Source: the human T2T-CHM13v2.0 reference genome, Homo sapiens. From it: a DNA stretch of 64,000 nucleotides. The DNA lies in assembly GCF_009914755.1 (NCBI RefSeq), contig NC_060941.1; one strand, written 5' to 3'. Both the position numbers and the translations under genes were made by a program. A model generated the notes under the pieces. It worked only from the letters and a program-made list of their open reading frames with translations, was not told the DNA's origin and did not search any database. Of the stretch, positions 1 to 19,395 are shown in pieces; within the stretch, counting starts at the first letter, position 1; each line of letters opens with the position of its first letter.

Positions 1-294
1 CTTTTTGTAAGTTTGTAATTGTTTCCAAATATATATTGAATGTTCCAGGCTCACTTTGTGTTTTCCCTGCCCAAGCTCTGCAATCGGCTTTTTCTGCAGG
101 AGTCCTAGTGAGCAGGAAATTTAGCCACATTTTAAAAGTAGGTGAATGAGAAGAAGGCTTTCCTAGTATATGGAACAGCATGATTAAAGACAAAGAAATA
201 TGAAATACAAGTGTAAATGGTAGAAAGGACTGCCGGCGAAAGTGGGTGAAAGCCTAACCCAGCAAAAGGTCTCGCCGGATAAAACCATGGCCTC

Positions 295-590
<296 letters not shown>

Positions 591-884
591 CCGTGGCCTC
601 ACCTGGGTATGCAAAACGCAGCCCCCACAGTTCCCATAAGCCTGGTCCCATTGACTCGTACAGCTGTGATTTGGATATGCGATACAATAAACGGACAGAT
701 TCAGCCATCCCTGAGGGGCCAACACTGCATTTGGGGGCATGTCATCTGCGGAAACCATAGAACTGAATTGTATCTATTTACATCAAATGAGTACAGCTAC
801 TGTGCAGAGTGCGGAAAGTGAAGCAGCATTCGAGGTCCAAAGCTCCAGCAGGAGAGAAGCAATGCTTTCTGTGAATGAGATACA

Positions 885-1100
885 GGCCGCCGCCCTCCCA
901 ATCAGAACACGGGAGATATCAGCCAATCCCGGCCCGCCGATGCTCTAGTATCGGGCGGGGGCCCACACGCCCAAGAGTTGTTTGTCTGCCTCGGGTCCCC
1001 TCCAGCCCTACCGTTGGAGGAAAGAGGCGGAGAGGAGGCCAGGAGGCCGGCAGGGTTGATCAGGCCAAATGGTGGGGGGCGCCAAATGCCAGGCCAATGT
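885..1100 (+). promoter_or_regulatory. Small CCAAT/GC-box promoter-like element
   Basis: CCAATCAG at 898, AGCCAATC at 921, GGGCGGGG 953-960, CCACACGCCC ~964, third CCAAT at 1094; local CpG enrichment outside any Alu. Confidence 0.55.
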
Positions 1101-1141
1101 GGAGCCAGTTTGGGCTCCACAGCAGGGTGACTGATCCAGCC

Positions 1142-2641
<1,500 letters not shown>

Positions 2642-3123
2642 CCTCCCTTCTGGGGGTGCTAAACTGCCTCCACCTTTATTTTGATATCTCCCACCTATTC
2701 CTGTTATACCAAGGAAGAATAAACTAACTGCCTGACGTTAGTTCAGGCAGGGGAAGGTTTCAGAGGAAGCAACATTTAAATTACACTTTCTGCCTGTCTA
2801 GGGGTTCACAGTGGAGAAAGAATGTTGGAGGGCTGGTTATGGGGAGGGCATTCTAGGCCTAGAAAACAGCGGAAGCAGTGACTCTGTCTCCTTTCTCTCT
2901 CTCTTCGCAGACTCCCCCCTCCCCATTCTTCTCCCTCAGAGGTGCCTGATAGCCACAGAGTCTCTGGTGTTGACAAAGTGACAGAACTTCCCTTACGTTG
3001 ACAGGGCCACCCTGGAATCAGGACCTACTCTTTTGGGACAGAGCTCTGGGATTTCAGGAAAGGGTGGGACCCCACTTCTTCCAGCAAGAAGTGGTTCACA
3101 GGTCCTCACTCCTAATTACTTGA

Positions 3124-3453
<330 letters not shown>

Positions 3454-4360
3454 TTTTCTCCTTTATCTGGTGAAGAAATGCACGTCTTCTTTCCTGCCTA
3501 TTGGCTGAAACAAATCATCACAGCTGGCTCGGACTAGCAGCCTGTCTCCAAGTTCCCTAAGTAATCATGTCTAGCCCAGGGCAGGTGCATGGAGAGGGTG
3601 GTCAGGGTGGGAGTGATGTCACAGGTAGCACAAGAACATTTCCTCCAAAATGTCTCTTTTCCCTTCCTTAGCCTCTTCCTAACCTCCAAGACTCCCCTTT
3701 TTCTTCCTCCATATACATGCAAATCTGATTTCTCTCTAGCTCTTTTCCTGCCACTAACAAAGATAAGAATTCCTTGGCTCATGGGCAAGGGCCTTGGGGA
3801 TCCAAGCTCCTTCAAAACAGATCTGTCTGGCTGACTCTGTAGGGATAATAAGCCTCTGGCAGTCCCCAGTTGTCCCTAAGATTGGCAAAGACCTGGCTTC
3901 CCATCCCAGTCTTTGAGGATGGCTCTCTTCTCCATGGGCAGCCTCTAGAATTGGTGCATCTGTCCCAGCCTAGCCTGAGCACTGACTGCCAGAGAGAGCT
4001 GCTGGACCAGTCATTGGAAGGGCATATTGCTCCCTGTCATTCCCCTTGATCTCCTCATCCTCTCAGCTGTCATGCCAAAAGAATACCTCACTGGCAGAAC
4101 AGAATATTTTCCTCAAACGTCCTTCTTTAGTTTCTGACACAGCCAGATGCAGGTGGACCTCACTTTAAGGAAACTCCATTAATGAGAGTTCTCCCTACAT
4201 GGTTAGCAGTTACATATATTACAAAGGAGTCGTGATTTTAAGTTCTTATTTTATGTTTTATGTAATCTTGAAAGAGATATTTAGGGGTTGGGAGGGAGGT
4301 GGGATGTCAATTTAAGATAATTAGAGATGAAGAGGACTTCTAAAATTATGATGCAAGTCA

Positions 4361-5877
<1,517 letters not shown>

Positions 5878-6180
5878 GGCGGTTTTTGTAAAGTGATGTG
5901 TACTTGACCTTCATGGTCCAGGGCCAAGATCTGGGTTAAGTGCCTATCTTGGGAAGAGGAAGGCTAACTAGCCAACCCCTAATGGGTAGGTCTAAGGAGA
6001 GGGCTACCTCATGCAAAGATCCAAAGGAAAGCCTGCGACCCTTCATTCCTTTATCGGTACTACATGGGCCTTAGATTGCTCAAAGGTGGGCAGCCAAGAG
6101 AAGCTGGAATCTGGACTAACACACAAACTCAGTCAGTATTCTGCCCTGGATCATTACACACTAACCTGCCAGCCCCCTAA

Positions 6181-6478
<298 letters not shown>

Positions 6479-7550
6479 TAGCCCCCTATTTTTACAAGGG
6501 GAGATTTTCCAGTAATCTGCCAATGTCAGGCCAGCTGTGGGGGAGATTTACAGACCCAAACCAGGGACAAAAGACATTCTTTCAGGATACAGGACTCTTT
6601 AAGGAGGAATTGGAAAAAGTGCAAGACTGATGGCCAGACCTATTAGGGCAGGGAGGAAAAATTGATTACTGTCCCATGAACAGATTGGACTTTTAGGTCC
6701 AATGATCCTTGAGGATACTGAAGTGAAAACCTCCACTATCTCCTCTACATCCTAAACCTAGGTCGATTCAGAGGACCAAACTACAGGGCCCCTTGAGAAG
6801 AGTGGAGACACCTGAACAGCCGGGACTGGAATGATTAACTAGCAACTCAGTGAAATAACACTTCCCTTGTTCCTAGGACAAACACAGCACGAAGAACACT
6901 TTCCTCCAGCTGTGTTCACTGAGTCACTAAAGGCCTAAGACAATTATCACAGGAAGTTTGGAAAGCCTCAATTCTATATAAAACAGATGTAGGTATCCAA
7001 AACTTTTTCATTGAATGAAGTGTCACATTCATCCTGATTTGCTGTTTGGTGATACCATCACTCGTCCCATCTCCCTTAACAGCCTCCTTGGAGGCAGCAA
7101 CCATGTCTTAAATCAACTTTTCATGCCCCTTAGTGCCTAATAGTGCGTGGCACATTGTTGGTCCTCAGTGGGCATCTCATAAATCTAGTTGAACACAAAT
7201 GGGCAAGGGACCCAGCTTAAAGCCCCTTTCAACTAAGGAAATTGGGTCCTAGAGCATGAGAAGAAATGTTTTAAACCCATCTTCTCTTTTGGGTAGGACA
7301 GGGACCTAAACCTGTGGCCACTGCCTCCATCCTAGCTTCCTGGGCCTTACCTGAGCTGCTTGGGAGGGTGCACCTACCAAGGGCAGTCAGTCTGGTGCCC
7401 TTCCACCCTCCAACCAGCCTGATACTGGTCCCTCCCTCTCTCTCCAACCCAATACTGAGATGTGCGCACCTGAAAAGAAAGTACTTGAAAAATTCCTCTA
7501 TTATCAGAGCAAACTGATGAAGCTTCTGAGGTATTAAACAATCCATCATA

Positions 7551-10474
7551 ACATTTGTGACCAGTTAACTTTAATTTTCAAAATAAATCTGCAGTATTTT
7601 GCATGTTAGTAATACAGTGCTGGTATTGACAGGTAAAATCATCATCTGCTTACATAGAAACCTTCATTCAGGAGCACACCGTAGGAGGGGAACGGATACA
7701 CAATAAAAAGCAAACGCAGGCCAAGCAGCGAGCCCTAGAGCGTAACAGGCTGGATGTCAGATTTAAGGATTATCTAATACAACTGTTTAGCTGCCAATCT
7801 GATAAAGGGGAAGCTCTCAACCAGGTTACAACCAGAAGGGAAAAACGTACTCTGCCTTTTCGTAGAGCAGTGGCTGTCGTGCCTTCAACACCTGGTTGAA
7901 TCAGTTCATCAACATCGAAACTCAATTCCAGTTCCAAGACACAGAATTTCATCACACAACCTATTCGGTACCCCTTTTCAGTGGCCCACCCAAAACCCCC
8001 TCCTGCCATCGACTCTCTCCCTCCCAAAAGAAGACATGACGTGGCTTTATTATTGCAGACAAGCTTCTTAAGTGAATAAAGAATGCATACAAAATAGTAT
8101 TTTAACTGAAGTCATACAATGAAGTCTCACTCCTGTTTATTATACAATGAATTGATAAAACAATTACTTCTAGTATATATCTTTTTTTTTTTAGAACTAA
8201 TACTTTCAGGGTTCTGACAACCACATTCTAGCTTAGGGGTAGGGCCCACACCTGCCCCCACTGAGGACTGCTCCTTGGACCACTGTGGAGGAAGCCTGGG
8301 CTGTCTGAATTGTGAATTATGACTGCCAGCCCACCAGAGATAACAGATCCCAGCAGGCAGAGCCAGAACCCAGTTTTGGGTCTGCATGCCAGGAAATGTG
8401 AACTTCCTCCAAATGTGGCCACTGTGCCTCCCAATCCAGGCCTCAGCAAGGTCATTCTTGGGCTTTCCCTACACGAGTCCTTCCAGTAGTCCACACATAA
8501 TGCTCTACATATTAAAAACAAACCATTTTTGTACTGTGGATAAGAACAGTTGTAACAAAGTCATAGCTACATATTTTTCTCTACATTTTGTTTATTGAGA
8601 CAAACTAATTAAAAGGCACAAACATAGGGCATGTTTACATGGACATTATAACAAACATATACATTAAAAGTGTAGGAATGTGTTGCCTTCCTGCTAAACA
8701 GAAAGTTCCTAAGCTTTTATATATACAAAAGTTGTACAATTTAATGTCCTAAAGTACAAAAGATCATTTATAAAATTATTTTACACTAAGTACTATTTAT
8801 TTTATTTTTTTACTATGTAGTTCAACCCCCTAGAACTGTTTTGTATAATGACACACAGATACCTGTCCCTGATGTAGGAAGTCTGTCTCAGATGCAAGGT
8901 ATTTTGATGCTTGAACTGACACAGTAGGGTATAAATGGAAATCATCCAGTTTGATAGTCAGTCCTGCAAACATTCTGCAAGATTAACACAACTAATTTCC
9001 ATTTCTCTTAACTGCAATGATTAAAAAATGAAAAAAACCAAAAACATATTGCAACTTAAAAAATCACAGCATCTTGGTTTAGTTAATTTTTTTTTTAACG
9101 CAATGCTTTAAAAACAATGCGTGGCATGATGGTGTAAAGAGTATCTGTTTCCCTAGCTTTTGGTTTCTACTTTATGTACAGAGATAAAATATCTTGCTAA
9201 GAAATAAAAAGCACATGTCTCAACGTGCATAATCATTGCTGGGTTTCTACAGGGAATGCAGACAGCTGTCTCCCTGAAAACACCACAAAGCTGATACAAG
9301 TGTTTTCTCAAAGAAAAAAAAAGTGATGTCCATATTTACAAAGTTGAACAAATCTGCGCAATACTTAAGAAACGGAAGGAGAAATTTAAAAAAAGATACA
9401 CTCTGCATGTTCTGAAGGGGCATACACTACCTAGTTAGTGGTTAGAATAAAAACTGTATACAATTTAATATAAGACATAAACTCTAGTGAGCAACTAACA
9501 CATCTGTCCCTGTTGTAATATCAACAGGCTCTGATTGGGAGAGAGAGGGGCATATCACATCCCAGTGCCTCCAGCGTCTTCCAATTTAAAGCAATATATT
9601 TGTACTGTTCCAAAGTACTCCTTGGCTCCTAAATAGGAATCCCACTGGACTCTGTTTATTAGGAGCTTGCCTGTCCACACACTTGACTTCTCCTCTGTCA
9701 GTTGAGGCTTTTCTTAGCAAAACACAATTTGTAGATTTTTTTTAAATTTTTTTTTTTTTTAAAAAGTCAACTACAATGCTATATTCCATCGGGATTAATA
9801 TGCTGAGCAATATTTACATCTCCAAATATCAGGTCACAATCCCTATTATACGTTGAAGTTAGAATGATAAATTATCATATGCTTTGCATATCAGAGCTGG
9901 TATCACCTTTCCCATAGGGAATGCTGCCTGAAATTAACATATTCCCAAAGGTAAAATGCATATTCTCTGAAATGCATTTTATTATGACAATGCATGTATT
10001 TACTCATAAAAACAATAAACACAGACAATTCTACACTAGCTCTCAATCTGTGGATTTAAAATTTCAGGTTAAAATCAGCCATCCACCTTGTATAGGGAGA
10101 AGAGTTCTGCTAGTGTTTACAATAAAGTGATTCCTTGGGATTAGAAATAGTAATGCTGTTTTTTTATTTTGAAGTGGGTTCTACTTATGATTGGTTTTAA
10201 TTCTGGCATTTCATCTTGCCAACTACTATCCTGTTTAAGCAATGTTGTCAGCTAAAAGGAATTTCTGATTAAACTAAAGTGGTCCAGTGATAAGTTACAT
10301 ACACACCCTACTTTGAATAATCCCAGCCAAATTGGAGAAAAATGCTACCACACTCTTATTAACTAATGTAATAAAATCTCCCAATTTCATGGTTTACTTT
10401 TTGCTTTAATCAACTAAAAGTTAAGTTGCTGGTAAATATTTACTTTTACCCATATTTTGATTTTATAATACTGT
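7551..10474 (-). other. VEZF1: VEZF1 long 3'UTR, with no recognisable interspersed repeats
   Basis: AT-rich, Alu-free stretch after the stop; minus-strand AATAAA at 9655, 8591, 8136 and 8046, distal ATTAAA at 7570-7575; 3' end approximate. Confidence 0.8.
7570..7575 (-). terminator. Probable distal polyadenylation signal of VEZF1 (ATTAAA)
   Basis: tttaat on + strand, followed on the minus strand by TGTTATGATGGATTGTTT (GU-rich). Confidence 0.6.
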
Positions 10475-10902
10475 TTACCAAGGCGGTGATGTAGGCAAAG
10501 CTTGGGGCAAGAAAGGCATGCTCTCTACAGGTCTCATTGCTATATTGAGAGGGGCGGCTAATGTCATAGGTGTGGGTAGATTCATTGGAGATGTGATGGT
10601 GACAGGGTGTGCTATATTCACTGGGGCAGTGACGGGGGTGGGGAGGTTGACTGGGGTAGTGAGTGTTAAAGGAGAGGTCATGGATAATGGACTGGTTATA
10701 GTTACAGGATGCCCTATGTTCATTGGGCTGGTTATGTTAACTGCACTTGAAACATTTACTGGACTTCTCATGCTCATTGCAGCTGCCACTGTGACTGGGT
10801 TTGACATAGTCCCAGACGACACAGAGGATGTTATACTGAATGGAGTAGTGAGAGTCACAGGTGTCGTAGCAGCCGTGGAGGTTTGGCACAGGTTAGCAGC
10901 TT
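10475..10902 (-). CDS. VEZF1: VEZF1 exon 6 coding part (428 nt; Pro/Thr/Ser-rich tail to TAA)
   Basis: ttattttag| acceptor; the six exons sum to 1566 nt = 521 aa + stop. Confidence 0.96.
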
Positions 10903-11807
10903 CTAAAATAAGAAGAAAAAGGGTCTTTAGATTCTCAAAACAGTGAGCAAAATTCACAAAGTTTCTGAATCAATTTCTTTTCATTAAAAATGTCAAACAT
11001 TTAATAAATCAAATTCCAGTTTTCTATCAAGCGGTCAACAGAACAGAGGATCTTTCTGAGCACAAGCCTGGGGGCCAGGGATCCCAGTGTATGAATCACC
11101 TTCTGATGCTATACCTCCTGCAAGGACTTAAGCAACTTGTTTAGCCTTGCACTTTAGGTTTCAAGTTCAGATTTACTTACCTACCTCACAGTGATGCTGA
11201 GAGGATCAGTTAACTTCTGCAATGCAGGGCTAAGTGTTCTCACTACTACTTCATGCAGTTCCTCTGAGTTCTAAAAACTTTCTTGGGAAGAGCCAACCTC
11301 CAGCAGGCCAGGCTAAAGAGCTTGTTTACACAGAGCTGGGCCAATGGTTACACAATAACAGATAATCAGAAAAATCTTCTCGTAAGGCACACTGTAACTA
11401 GCAGAGAGAGGTGTGCATACTCAATAAGTATGTTAAAGCCTGAGACATGAAGCCACATTCTGTGAAGGTTTTAAAAATGCATAATTGGGGAATGATAAAC
11501 AAGCTATTTTAGTATCATGTTTGTTTCAGTTTTAGAAATATGTTTCAGTTAAATAATCTTATTCTTTCTGGTTATGTTTCTTAACTACATTAGGAAAGAA
11601 AAAAATACTCCTCAATAAGTTCATGTTCTCCTCACTCCCATTTCTTCTTGTTTCTGATGTTGACACAATCACCTATTTTATGCCTAGTATCTTTAACTCT
11701 ACATATTACACATACCACCAAGCATACCAAAGAGAACTAGCTAGGCAAGGAGACCCTGCAGTGAGTTAGAGGACCCTGGTCCTTCTTATCCAACAAAACC
11801 TGGACAC

Positions 11808-14225
<2,418 letters not shown>

Positions 14226-15153
14226 AGAAGGGATCACTCTGAGGAAGGGAAGAGCCACACTACATGAAAGCAAAAGATGGAAGAAACTACACAGAAAAGG
14301 AATTACATACAGAGGAGCCCACAGATAGAGGATTCCTTAACATTTAACATAGTAAGACATTGTAGAGGTGGAGGAGGAAGAAGGAATTTACAAATCTGTC
14401 CTTTGGCTCATGATACATTGACAAAATGATTCATTTGAAATGGCTGCACAATAGTCCAGAAGCCAAAGCTGTACTAGTAAGTTGAAAAGTACGTTGAAAA
14501 CTGATACTCCAACTGATTCGTTAGAAAATATACACGAGAGAAAAGCAAACCATTTAAAATTTTTTAAACAATTACAGTAAAGTCCTCAGCAGCAGAAGAC
14601 TAGATATGTTAAGGCCAGCCAGTGATAGACTGAAGGAGATTAAGGGTGTGACCAAGAGAAAAGACATCAACACTACAGAATCTGAAACATGTAATAAATA
14701 ATACAATGAAAAAGAACACTACAGAGCAAAAATAGCACAGTTGTAAGAAAATGAACTTATGTACACACAAGGATATCCACCTCTAAAAGTGGGAATATTT
14801 TAGAAAGGAAAAAAAAAGCCCATAATGCATGGAGGTTGACATCAAATTGAATATAAAAATGCAACTCTGAGCATAGCAAAGGACCAAATTTGGATCCAGG
14901 TTTGTAGCAAAAAGTACATCAAAAGAAAGAACATGATAGGAAGTACTGAGAACTTTTAATTCCTAGTAATAACTTATCTGGACACTTTATTGCCAATAAC
15001 TATACTTTACCAGATATTTCCCAGCATGCACTATTTCCATGTTTCCATTAAGCTAGATTTCCTAAAACTGTGGCTTCTCTACTTTGATCACTTGGCATAC
15101 TAAATGAAAACACTTCTCTAGCCATATTTTCAACACTGGAAGCTGTGCCTTAC

Positions 15154-15238
15154 CTTTCTTCCTTGCTTTAACAGCTTCTTCCCACAGTCTCAGTGTTTCT
15201 ACTTGCTTCCCTGGCCAGCTTGTCACATGTTGTTGTTG

Positions 15239-15287
<49 letters not shown>

Positions 15288-15315
15288 TGGTTACTGGTCT
15301 CTTCACTCATGCATG
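15154..15315 (-). CDS. VEZF1: VEZF1 exon 5 (162 nt; polyQ)
   Basis: aatag| acceptor, AAG|gtaagg donor; CMSEETSNQK-Q18-HVTSW...ARKK. Confidence 0.96.
15230..15283 (-). repeat. Coding (CAG)12(CAA)6 trinucleotide repeat, Q18
   Basis: Counted directly from the sequence. Confidence 0.95.
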
Positions 15316-15679
15316 CTATTACAAAGACAAACCAAAAACACTGTATCTACCTGTAAAACTGTTGCCGTTTTTTTTCAAAATTGACTTCTCATGCTTCTGT
15401 GATCTTAACCATTTAACCTGATAGCTCTTAGTAAGTGCATCTTTTTTGCTGCTGTGTCTATATTGGTCAAAATAAACAAGCACTAAAAAGTCTAGAGAAC
15501 TAGCAAAAATCAATATAAAAGAGAAAAGGACTCTTTGCTATAAAAAAAAAACCATCAAAAAAAAAAAAAGCAAGTGTCTTTAAAAATGGAAGTTTGATAT
15601 TATTAATATAGGACTAATCAACATTCAACAAAATTTTTTATTTGATCACAATAATGTACACTAAAAGTGAATGTTTATA

Positions 15680-16109
<430 letters not shown>

Positions 16110-16604
16110 TTAAGCTTTCTTCCCCATTCTCTTGTGGCCACCTATTTTTTTGAGAATTTGATGTTTCTACTGCATAAAGTACATATATAATAGAATAAAG
16201 GATTAGGAAAATGCCTTCTTCTAGTGGTTAGGGCAATCTTAAAAGAAAAAGCCTGGGTAAATGCAAGTATTCTATCTTCAACTCTGAATTTAAGGCAAGC
16301 AAAGCATTTAAACCTTCAAGTGGATATGATATCTCATTTCTCTACAGATTTGGGTTTGAAAAGCAAGCTTATTAATACTGCTTTCACCTTAAAGGTTATT
16401 ATTAGCTTATCAATGCTGTTTGCATACATGAAAGTAAAGCATAGTTCTGACATTAATATACTCTGTCCATTGTTGCCTGTTTGCACATGTTGGCAATAGG
16501 AGGAAACACGTAAGGTGAATATTAATACCTTTGATACAATATGAAAACATGCATATTTCACCCATCTGAAATATAAAAGAAAGAAAATCTGAAGCACCAC
16601 CTAC

Positions 16605-16788
16605 TTTTACTGATGCCTTGTTTACATGTATTACAGTTGATACTTTGGCTCTGCCCATGAGTCTTTAAGTGGCTGGTGATGTATGCTGCACTCAGGAGCT
16701 TCCCACAGATGTTACATGATACCTTGCCTTCATGGCGCACCATGTGTGTCCGCAGTCTGTCTTTGGTGGCAAAGGCAGCAGTGCACGT
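16605..16788 (-). CDS. VEZF1: VEZF1 exon 4 (184 nt; fingers 5-6)
   Basis: atgcag|ACG acceptor, AAA|gtaggt donor; TCTAAFATKDRLRTHMVRH, CNICGKLLSAAYITSHLKTH. Confidence 0.96.
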
Positions 16789-16999
16789 CTGCATGAGGGA
16801 GGAAAACTTTTTTTAAATATAGACTATCCTGTTCTACTCATTTTGAAGTACGTTATATTCTGTGCATTACCCTATCCACATCAGCAAGCTGACAACTAGT
16901 TGAATTTTAATTGCATATGTTACCTAGAATCATAATCATAATAAAACTCTTGATAAATTTTAGACTCTTCCATTTTGAAGGAAGAAAATACATCAACAC

Positions 17000-17210
17000 A
17001 GAGTAGCACAAAAAATGTAAGCTTTAGGGTAAGTTAAACCTGGGTTTAAGTTGAGCTCCACAATTTACTAAATGGTGTAATGTTGAACAAGTTGGTTAAC
17101 CTATCTGAAAGCTTCTTCATCTGTAAAATGGGGATAACATCTCTCACAAAATTACTGGTGGATTAAGAAAAGCCTGGTATACACAGCAGGCACTCACTCA
17201 ATGACACTAG
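17000..17210 (+). mobile_element. MIR remnant
   Basis: Core CTTCATCTGTAAAATGGGGATAA; similar MIR cores near 26900, 31810 and 57210. Confidence 0.65.
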
Positions 17211-17874
17211 CTTCCTTCCTCCAATTAGATCTTTCTTAGCATTCAAATCATTTACTTAATAAAATCAGTCATTAACAAACTTAACTGAAAGGTGTACTAA
17301 AAGACTTCCAGCAACAAACTAAAATTACCAATGCCTAAAACAGTCATTTGATTTAGCAAAATTCTTAATGTTTTCGTTATTATAATTGATGTCAAATAAA
17401 ATCATTAACTGGAATAGATTTTTAAACAACTAGAAAGTGTTCCAATTTGGTAATAACAAACAAAAATCTAGTAAGTGGTAACATTTGGGAGAAAAATTCA
17501 TTATTTTCTCCTATTACAGTTAAAACAACTTCAATAATCAACCCAGAAATTAAAGCCCTTTATTCTTTTATTCATTTCAAATACACAACCACCTTTGCAA
17601 GACTGTAACTTTTTTTTCCTAACAAAAAATACTATTGCCCAAAGAAAGGGAAATATAGCTTAAAAAAAACAACACGCTTAAATTTTTAAATGATCTTGCT
17701 TTACAGAAACAGAAGCTGTCAGTTATATTTTATAAAACTAGAAGTCAAATGGGCCACATTTACTCAGGTCAGTGATTTTAAGACTATTCAAGAATGGTGA
17801 GATTCAACTGGCTCAGACCTTCTGGATAATGTGCATTAAGTGCTACACTAAGGATAAGTCATTTTAACTCTTAC

Positions 17875-17938
17875 TTGGCATTTGAAGGGTCTTTCTGTTG
17901 AATGGACATGTTTTACATGACAGCTTAAGTGGTCAGGC
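17875..17938 (-). CDS. VEZF1: VEZF1 exon 3 (64 nt; RPDHLSCHVKHVHSTERPFKCQ)
   Basis: tttttcacag| acceptor, CAA|gtaag donor; completes finger 4 and the TERPF linker; phases match neighbouring exons. Confidence 0.96.
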
Positions 17939-18700
17939 CTGTGAAAAAGAGAGTTTCAACAGAAGATATAATCGAACACATAGAGAAATGCTACTTATGT
18001 GATGCTCACATGCTTGGCAGATTGGGAAGGGGTGCATTTTAGGGAAAGCTAGCAGAATTACCAACCTCCCTCCCCCGGTGCAAGTCTCCTTCCCTCTCTT
18101 ACCATGAACAAAGTCTTAGGCCTCTACCTGTTAATTTTCTCTCCTAGTCAACATCAAATCATATTAGGTCTTGATTCTTTACAATTACAAAATACCCGAA
18201 GTTTTAGTCTTAACACTTGCCAGAAACAGCTACCACTATATTAACTCTAAAAGCTTTTATAAATGAAAATTAGTGAAATGTTGGTGCTCTCAGAAAAATG
18301 AAAAAACATTCTAAAAGTTTAATTAAGAGTATCCAAGGTCATCCCAACTTCCAAGAAATGTTACTTTAATTTGCCCAGTGAGCCTCATGTCTAGTCCCCC
18401 AACTGAACTGAAAACTGGTGGTTTTGCAGTGATAAGTATCCATGTGCCAAATGAAAGCCTGAGTCCACCGAGGCACTTGTTAAGTGAAAAAAACAGGTTA
18501 ATCACTATGTCACCACTTGTCAATCACACCAAACTGAGGTTAGACCTGGAGGTGTTAATACTTATCTATCACCAATCTCCTCTAATAACACAGGTCTGCC
18601 CACATCTGTTCTCACATAAACATTCTAGATCACATGGAGACAAAACTGAAGTACACTGATACCATAATGAAGCAAAGCAAAGCAAAGCAAAATGCAGTAC

Positions 18701-19395
18701 CTTGAGAAGCCTTTCCCACAAACACTGCAAGTATAGGGTTTGGTGATGCCTCCTTCATGAGACCTCACATGGTAAGTCATCCGGTCCTTCCTCTTGAAGC
18801 GCTGATTACAAATAGGACACTCAAAGGGTTTCTCATCTGAATGGGAGAGCTTGTGTCGATTGAGATGGTACACATCTCGGAAGGCCTTCCCACACATCTC
18901 ACAAGCATGGTTCTTCTTGACAGGCTTACTGGGTTTCTTGACAGACTGGGTCACTGGCATAGCTGTGGTGCTGGCACTGCTACTGGGGTTGGTGCCCGAG
19001 GAAGATGTAGTGACTGTTGACAAGATGCCTGCAATGGTCGAGACCAACGAAGTTCGGCTGCTGTCCCCAGCGATGGTAGAGATAAGGGGAACCACCGTGG
19101 TGGGGGTTTTCTTTGGCCGGGACACCAACTTGATCCCTGTGTGGCAGGATTCGTGGCGCCTCAGGTGATAGCTGTCCCTGAAAGCTTTACTGCAGTAAGT
19201 GCACACAAATGAAGTTTTGGGTTTTTCTTTTTTAATCCCAATGGCATCCTTTAATGTTTCTGGTGCACCCTGAGGTTTCTGAGTTATTGGTATTGGAAGC
19301 AATGGTTTCTGATCAGGGGGCTCCACGGCAGAGCTCAGGAGGGGCAGCAAGCTGTTCTGTGCTGCCTGCTGTTGGTGATGGGAAGCTTCATGGGC
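18701..19395 (-). CDS. VEZF1: VEZF1 exon 2 (695 nt; C2H2 fingers 1-3 and start of finger 4)
   Basis: tttag|GCC acceptor, AAG|gtac donor; CTYCSKAFRDSYHLRRH, CEMCGKAFRDVYHLNRH, CPICNQRF...H, CSVCGKGFS; MAZ/VEZF1 family. Confidence 0.98.

Noticed and set aside
10575-10720. Calcineurin PxIxIT docking motifs in HPVTITS repeats
   Set aside because: The proline is in the wrong register for the consensus
10518-10946. 142-aa hydrophobic + strand ORF
   Set aside because: In-register antisense mirror of VEZF1 exon 6 codons
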